From a virus (taxonomy: Duplodnaviria; Heunggongvirae; Uroviricota; Caudoviricetes), in the IMG/VR virus record IMGVR_UViG_2541047877_000007: a stretch of 47,135 nt of DNA; one strand, given 5' to 3'. The notes beneath the pieces are model-generated. The model did no database searches. It worked only from the letters and a program-made list of their open reading frames with translations, and was not told the DNA's origin. Within the stretch, counting starts at the first letter, position 1, and every line of letters starts with the position of its first letter. The position numbers were made by a program, and so were the translations under genes. Shown piece after piece: positions 43,025 to 47,135 of the stretch.

Positions 43025-45496
43025 ATGAGTAAAGTCTTTATTTGCGCCGCTATTCCTGACGAACTGGCAACAAGGGAAGAAGGCGCTGTGGCTGTAGCCA
43101 CAGCCATTGAAGCTGGCGACGAACGCCGTGCTCGAGCAAAATTTCACTGGCAATTCCTGGAACATTATCCGGCTGCTCAGGACTGCGCTTATAAATTTAT
43201 TGTCTGCGAGGATAAACCTGGCATACCCCGCCCTGCCCTCGATTCATGGGATGCTGAATATATGCAGGAAAACCGCTGGGATGAGGAGTCTGCTTCTTTT
43301 GTCCCGGTTGAGACTGAATCCGATCCGATGAACGTCACTTTTGACAAGCTGGCCCCTGAAGTACAGAACGCTGTCATGGTTAAGTTCGACACATGTGAAA
43401 ACATCACCGTTGATATGGTTATTAGCGCACAGGAATTGTTGCAGGAAGACATGGCAACATTCGACGGACATATCGTTGAAGCGTTGATGAAAATGCCAGA
43501 AGTTAACGCCATGTATCCGGAGCTTAAGTTGCACGCCATTGGGTGGGTTAAGCATAAATGTATTCCTGGTGCTAAATGGCCCGAAATTCAGGCAGAGATG
43601 CGCATCTGGAAAAAACGTCGCGAAGGTGAACGCAAGGAAACCGGAAAATACACGTCTGTTGTTGATCTCGCCCGCGCCAGAGCCAATCAACAGTACACTG
43701 AAAATTCAACAGGAAAAATCAGCCCGGTCATTGCTGCCATTCATCGCGAATACAAGCAGACATGGAAAACACTGGATGACGAACTGGCCTACGCTCTCTG
43801 GCCTGGTGATGTGGATGCCGGAAACATTGACGGCAGCATCCATCGCTGGGCAAAAAATGAAGTTATCGATAACGACCGCGAAGACTGGAAGCGTATCTCG
43901 GCATCAATGCGCAAACAGCCTGATGCCCTTCGCTACGACCGCCAAACTATTTTTGGCCTTGTCCGTGAACGTCCGATCGACATTCACAAAGATCCCGTAG
44001 CACTGAACAAATATATCTGCGAATACCTGACGACAAAGGGCGTGTTTGAGAATGAAGAAACAGACCTGGGCACTGTTGATGTTCTCCAGTCATCAGAAAC
44101 ACAAACTGATGCAGTGGAAACTGAGGTATCTGATATCCCAAAAAATGAAACCGCGCCGGAAGCTGAACCATCTGTAGAGCGTGAGGGGCCGTTCTATTTC
44201 CTCTTCGCAGATAAGGACGGAGAAAAATACGGTCGCGCAAACAAACTTTCTGGTCTGGATAAGGCACTGGCTGCTGGCGCCACTGAAATCACAAAAGAAG
44301 AATATTTTGCCCGAAAAAATGGCACATACACGGGCTTACCGCAAAATGTAGATACCGCTGAAGATTCAGAACAACCAGAGCCGATAAAAGTTACCGCTGA
44401 CGAAGTAAACAAAATTATGCAGGCAGCCAATATCATCCAGCCTGACGCCGATAAGTTGCTTGCTGCATCACGTGGTGAATTTGTTGAAGGGATTAGTGAC
44501 CCGAATGATCCGAAATGGGTTAAGGGGATCCAGACCCGCGATTCTGTGAACCAGAACCAGCATGAATCGGAACGGAACTACCAAAAAGCGGAACAAAACA
44601 GCCCAAATGCGTTACAAAACGAGCCAGAAACGAAACAGCCTGAATCAGTGGCGCAACAGGAAGTGGAAAAAGTCTGCACCGCCTGCGGTCAGACCGGCGG
44701 CGGCAACTGCCCTGATTGTGGCGCGGTAATGGGCGACGCAACATACCAGGAAACATTCGATGAAGAGTATCAGGTTGAAGTTCAGGAAGATGATCCGGAG
44801 AAAATGGAAGGCGCTGAACATCCACACAAGGAGAACACTGGCGGCAATCAGCATCACGATAGCGATAATGAAACTGGCGAGACGGCAGATCACTCAATTA
44901 AGGTGAACGGTCATCACGAAATCACATCCACCAGCAGGACGTGTGACCATCTAATGATCGACCTTGAAACCATGGGAAAAAATCCTGATGCCCCGATCAT
45001 CTCAATAGGTGCAATATTTTTCGATCCGCAAACCGGAGATATGGGACCGGAATTTATTAAGACTATCGATCTGGAAACTGCTGGCGGAGTCATTGATCGG
45101 GACACCATTAAATGGTGGTTTAAGCAATCACGCGAAGCGCAATCTGCCATTATGACCGATGAAATCCCGTTAGATGATGCACTGTTACAATTGCGGGAAT
45201 TTATCGACGAAAACTCCGGTGAATTTTTTGTTCAGGTCTGGGGAAATGGAGCCAACTTCGACAACACGATTTTGCGCCGTTCATACGAACGGCAGGGGAT
45301 CCCCTGCCCGTGGCGTTACTACAACGATCGCGATGTACGCACAATCGTTGAGCTGGGGAAAGCCATAGACTTCGATGCCAGAACGGCTATTCAATTCGAA
45401 GGTGAGCGCCATAATGCACTTGATGACGCCCGTTACCAGGCAAAATACGTTTCAGTTATCTGGCAAAAACTGATCCCGAGTCAGGCTGATTCTTAA
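43025..45496 (+). CDS. large early protein with C-terminal DEDDh (DnaQ-like) 3'-5' exonuclease domain and internal zinc ribbon
   Basis: 823 aa; Exo motifs MIDLETMG, VWGNGANFDNTIL and HNALDDARY in the last 180 residues; CTACG...CPDCG ribbon near residue 555; occupies the exo/recE position of a Rac-like early operon. Confidence 0.8.
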   Translation: MSKVFICAAIPDELATREEGAVAVATAIEAGDERRARAKFHWQFLEHYPAAQDCAYKFIVCEDKPGIPRPALDSWDAEYMQENRWDEESASFVPVETESDPMNVTFDKLAPEVQNAVMVKFDTCENITVDMVISAQELLQEDMATFDGHIVEALMKMPEVNAMYPELKLHAIGWVKHKCIPGAKWPEIQAEMRIWKKRREGERKETGKYTSVVDLARARANQQYTENSTGKISPVIAAIHREYKQTWKTLDDELAYALWPGDVDAGNIDGSIHRWAKNEVIDNDREDWKRISASMRKQPDALRYDRQTIFGLVRERPIDIHKDPVALNKYICEYLTTKGVFENEETDLGTVDVLQSSETQTDAVETEVSDIPKNETAPEAEPSVEREGPFYFLFADKDGEKYGRANKLSGLDKALAAGATEITKEEYFARKNGTYTGLPQNVDTAEDSEQPEPIKVTADEVNKIMQAANIIQPDADKLLAASRGEFVEGISDPNDPKWVKGIQTRDSVNQNQHESERNYQKAEQNSPNALQNEPETKQPESVAQQEVEKVCTACGQTGGGNCPDCGAVMGDATYQETFDEEYQVEVQEDDPEKMEGAEHPHKENTGGNQHHDSDNETGETADHSIKVNGHHEITSTSRTCDHLMIDLETMGKNPDAPIISIGAIFFDPQTGDMGPEFIKTIDLETAGGVIDRDTIKWWFKQSREAQSAIMTDEIPLDDALLQLREFIDENSGEFFVQVWGNGANFDNTILRRSYERQGIPCPWRYYNDRDVRTIVELGKAIDFDARTAIQFEGERHNALDDARYQAKYVSVIWQKLIPSQADS

Positions 45497-45568
45497 TGTT
45501 CAACTGTCGCCGGTTGTGACTGGTATTCTGCAACCGGCGCTCGTCTAATATAAGAGATAAAGAAATCG

Positions 45569-45820
45569 ATGAGCGAAGTAATCATGATTGTCTCTCCCGG
45601 CAAATGGGTATCCGAAGAGCAGTTAATTGCGCTGAAAGGAATAAAAAAAGGTACGTTAAAAAAGGCCCGGGAAAAATCGTTTATGGAAGGAAGGGAATAT
45701 AAGCATGTCGCTCATGACGGTATGCCATGGGATAACAGTCCATGCTTTTACAACCTGGAAGAAATTGATCGCTGGATTGAGCGCCAGGCATCAGCAAGAC
45801 CAAGACGTCATCTTACTTGA
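45569..45820 (+). CDS. excisionase-like protein
   Basis: 83-aa basic ORF immediately upstream of the integrase. Confidence 0.55.
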   Translation: MSEVIMIVSPGKWVSEEQLIALKGIKKGTLKKAREKSFMEGREYKHVAHDGMPWDNSPCFYNLEEIDRWIERQASARPRRHLT

Positions 45821-45854
45821 CTAAAAGCCACACTAACTAATGAGAGAAGTTGAA

Positions 45855-47135
45855 ATGAAATATCCGACAGGCGTGGAAAACCATGGAGGGAAATTACGTA
45901 TCTGGTTTGTTTATAAAGGCGTAAGAGTCAGGGAAAACCTGGGGGTTCCTGACACAGCAAAAAACAGGCGCGTTGCAGGTGAGCTACGCGCCTCTGTTTG
46001 TTACGCAATAAAAACTGGTGTTTTCGACTATGCAAAACAGTTTCCCTCCTCACGCAATCTGGAAAAATTTGGTGAGGCCCGACAAGATTTAACCATAAAA
46101 GAACTGGCTGAAAAATTTCTGGCACTGAAAGAAACTGAAGTCGCAAAAACATCACTCAACACATACCGTGCCGTCATCAAAAATATCCTGAGCATAATCG
46201 GTGAAAAAAATCTTGCCTCATCGATTAATAAAGAAAAATTACTGGAGGTTCGTAAAGAGCTACTGACTGGATACCAGATCCCCAAAAGTAACTATATTGT
46301 TACACAACCAGGGAGATCGGCTGTAACTGTAAATAATTACATGACAAATCTTAACGCCGTGTTCCAGTTTGGTGTTGATAACGGTTACCTGGTAGATAAC
46401 CCGTTTAAGGGGATCTCGCCATTAAAGGAATCAAGAACCATTCCGGATCCTCTTTCGCGGGAGGAATTCATCCGTCTTATCGATGCGTGCAGAAATCAGC
46501 AAGCCAAAAATTTATGGTGTGTTTCTGTTTATACTGGCGTTCGCCCTGGTGAGCTGTGTGCACTTGGATGGGAGGACATAGATCTGAAAAATGGAACAAT
46601 GATGATCAGGAGAAATTTAGCAAAAGACCGTTTCACGGTACCAAAAACACAGGCGGGAACCAATCGGGTCATTCATCTTATTAAGCCAGCAATCGACGCT
46701 CTCCGGAGTCAGATGACATTAACGAGACTGAGCAAAGAGCATATCATTGATGTTCACCTCAGAGAGTATGGCAGAACAGAAAAACAAAAATGCACCTTTG
46801 TTTTTCAACCTGAAGTGTCAGCGAGAGTAAAAAATTATGGTGACCATTTTACCGTTGACTCAATAAGGCAGATGTGGGACGCAGCGATAAAACGTGCCGG
46901 ACTCCGCCATCGAAAATCATATCAGTCGAGACATACTTATGCCTGCTGGTCGCTGACAGCTGGTGCTAACCCGGCATTTATAGCAAACCAGATGGGCCAT
47001 GCAGATGCGCAAATGGTATTTCAGGTATACGGAAAATGGATGTCTGAAAACAATAATGCACAGGTAGCTTTGTTAAATACACAGTTAAGCGAGTTTGCCC
47101 CAACCATGCCCCATAACGAAGCAATGAAAAATTAA
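45855..47135 (+). CDS. int: tyrosine-recombinase integrase
   Basis: 426 aa from ATG 45855 with GAGAAG RBS; C-terminal catalytic region with R...HxxR...Y pattern (SRHTYACW, YGKW); stop codon is the last 3 nt of the window. Confidence 0.9.
   Translation: MKYPTGVENHGGKLRIWFVYKGVRVRENLGVPDTAKNRRVAGELRASVCYAIKTGVFDYAKQFPSSRNLEKFGEARQDLTIKELAEKFLALKETEVAKTSLNTYRAVIKNILSIIGEKNLASSINKEKLLEVRKELLTGYQIPKSNYIVTQPGRSAVTVNNYMTNLNAVFQFGVDNGYLVDNPFKGISPLKESRTIPDPLSREEFIRLIDACRNQQAKNLWCVSVYTGVRPGELCALGWEDIDLKNGTMMIRRNLAKDRFTVPKTQAGTNRVIHLIKPAIDALRSQMTLTRLSKEHIIDVHLREYGRTEKQKCTFVFQPEVSARVKNYGDHFTVDSIRQMWDAAIKRAGLRHRKSYQSRHTYACWSLTAGANPAFIANQMGHADAQMVFQVYGKWMSENNNAQVALLNTQLSEFAPTMPHNEAMKN

Overview
This window is an almost complete lambdoid prophage of about 45 kb on the minus-strand late operon, plus one flanking chromosomal gene (MFS transporter, 1-1284). 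No database search was possible; all calls rest on the ORF track, motifs read directly from the sequence, and recalled similarity to phage lambda and the E. coli K-12 Qin/Rac prophages. Layout from left to right: host flank; Pin invertase; lambda-type tail and head morphogenesis genes (tfa, stf, lom, an IS200-type insertion, J-I-K-L-M-H-T-G-V-U-Z, head genes, portal, terminase) with a candidate cos region; a cold-shock/small-protein moron cluster; a pinholin/SAR-endolysin/Rz-Rz1 lysis cassette; antiterminator Q; an accessory islet with a hok/mok-type toxin locus and a compositionally distinct orphan 595-aa ORF; a replication module with origin iterons; a Rac-like immunity module; a large protein with a DEDDh exonuclease domain; and excisionase plus integrase at the right edge. 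The strongest candidate for an undescribed function is the orphan ORF at 36532-38319, which ends in a canonical HEPN-type R-N-x-x-x-H motif. No tRNA, rRNA or CRISPR array was seen.
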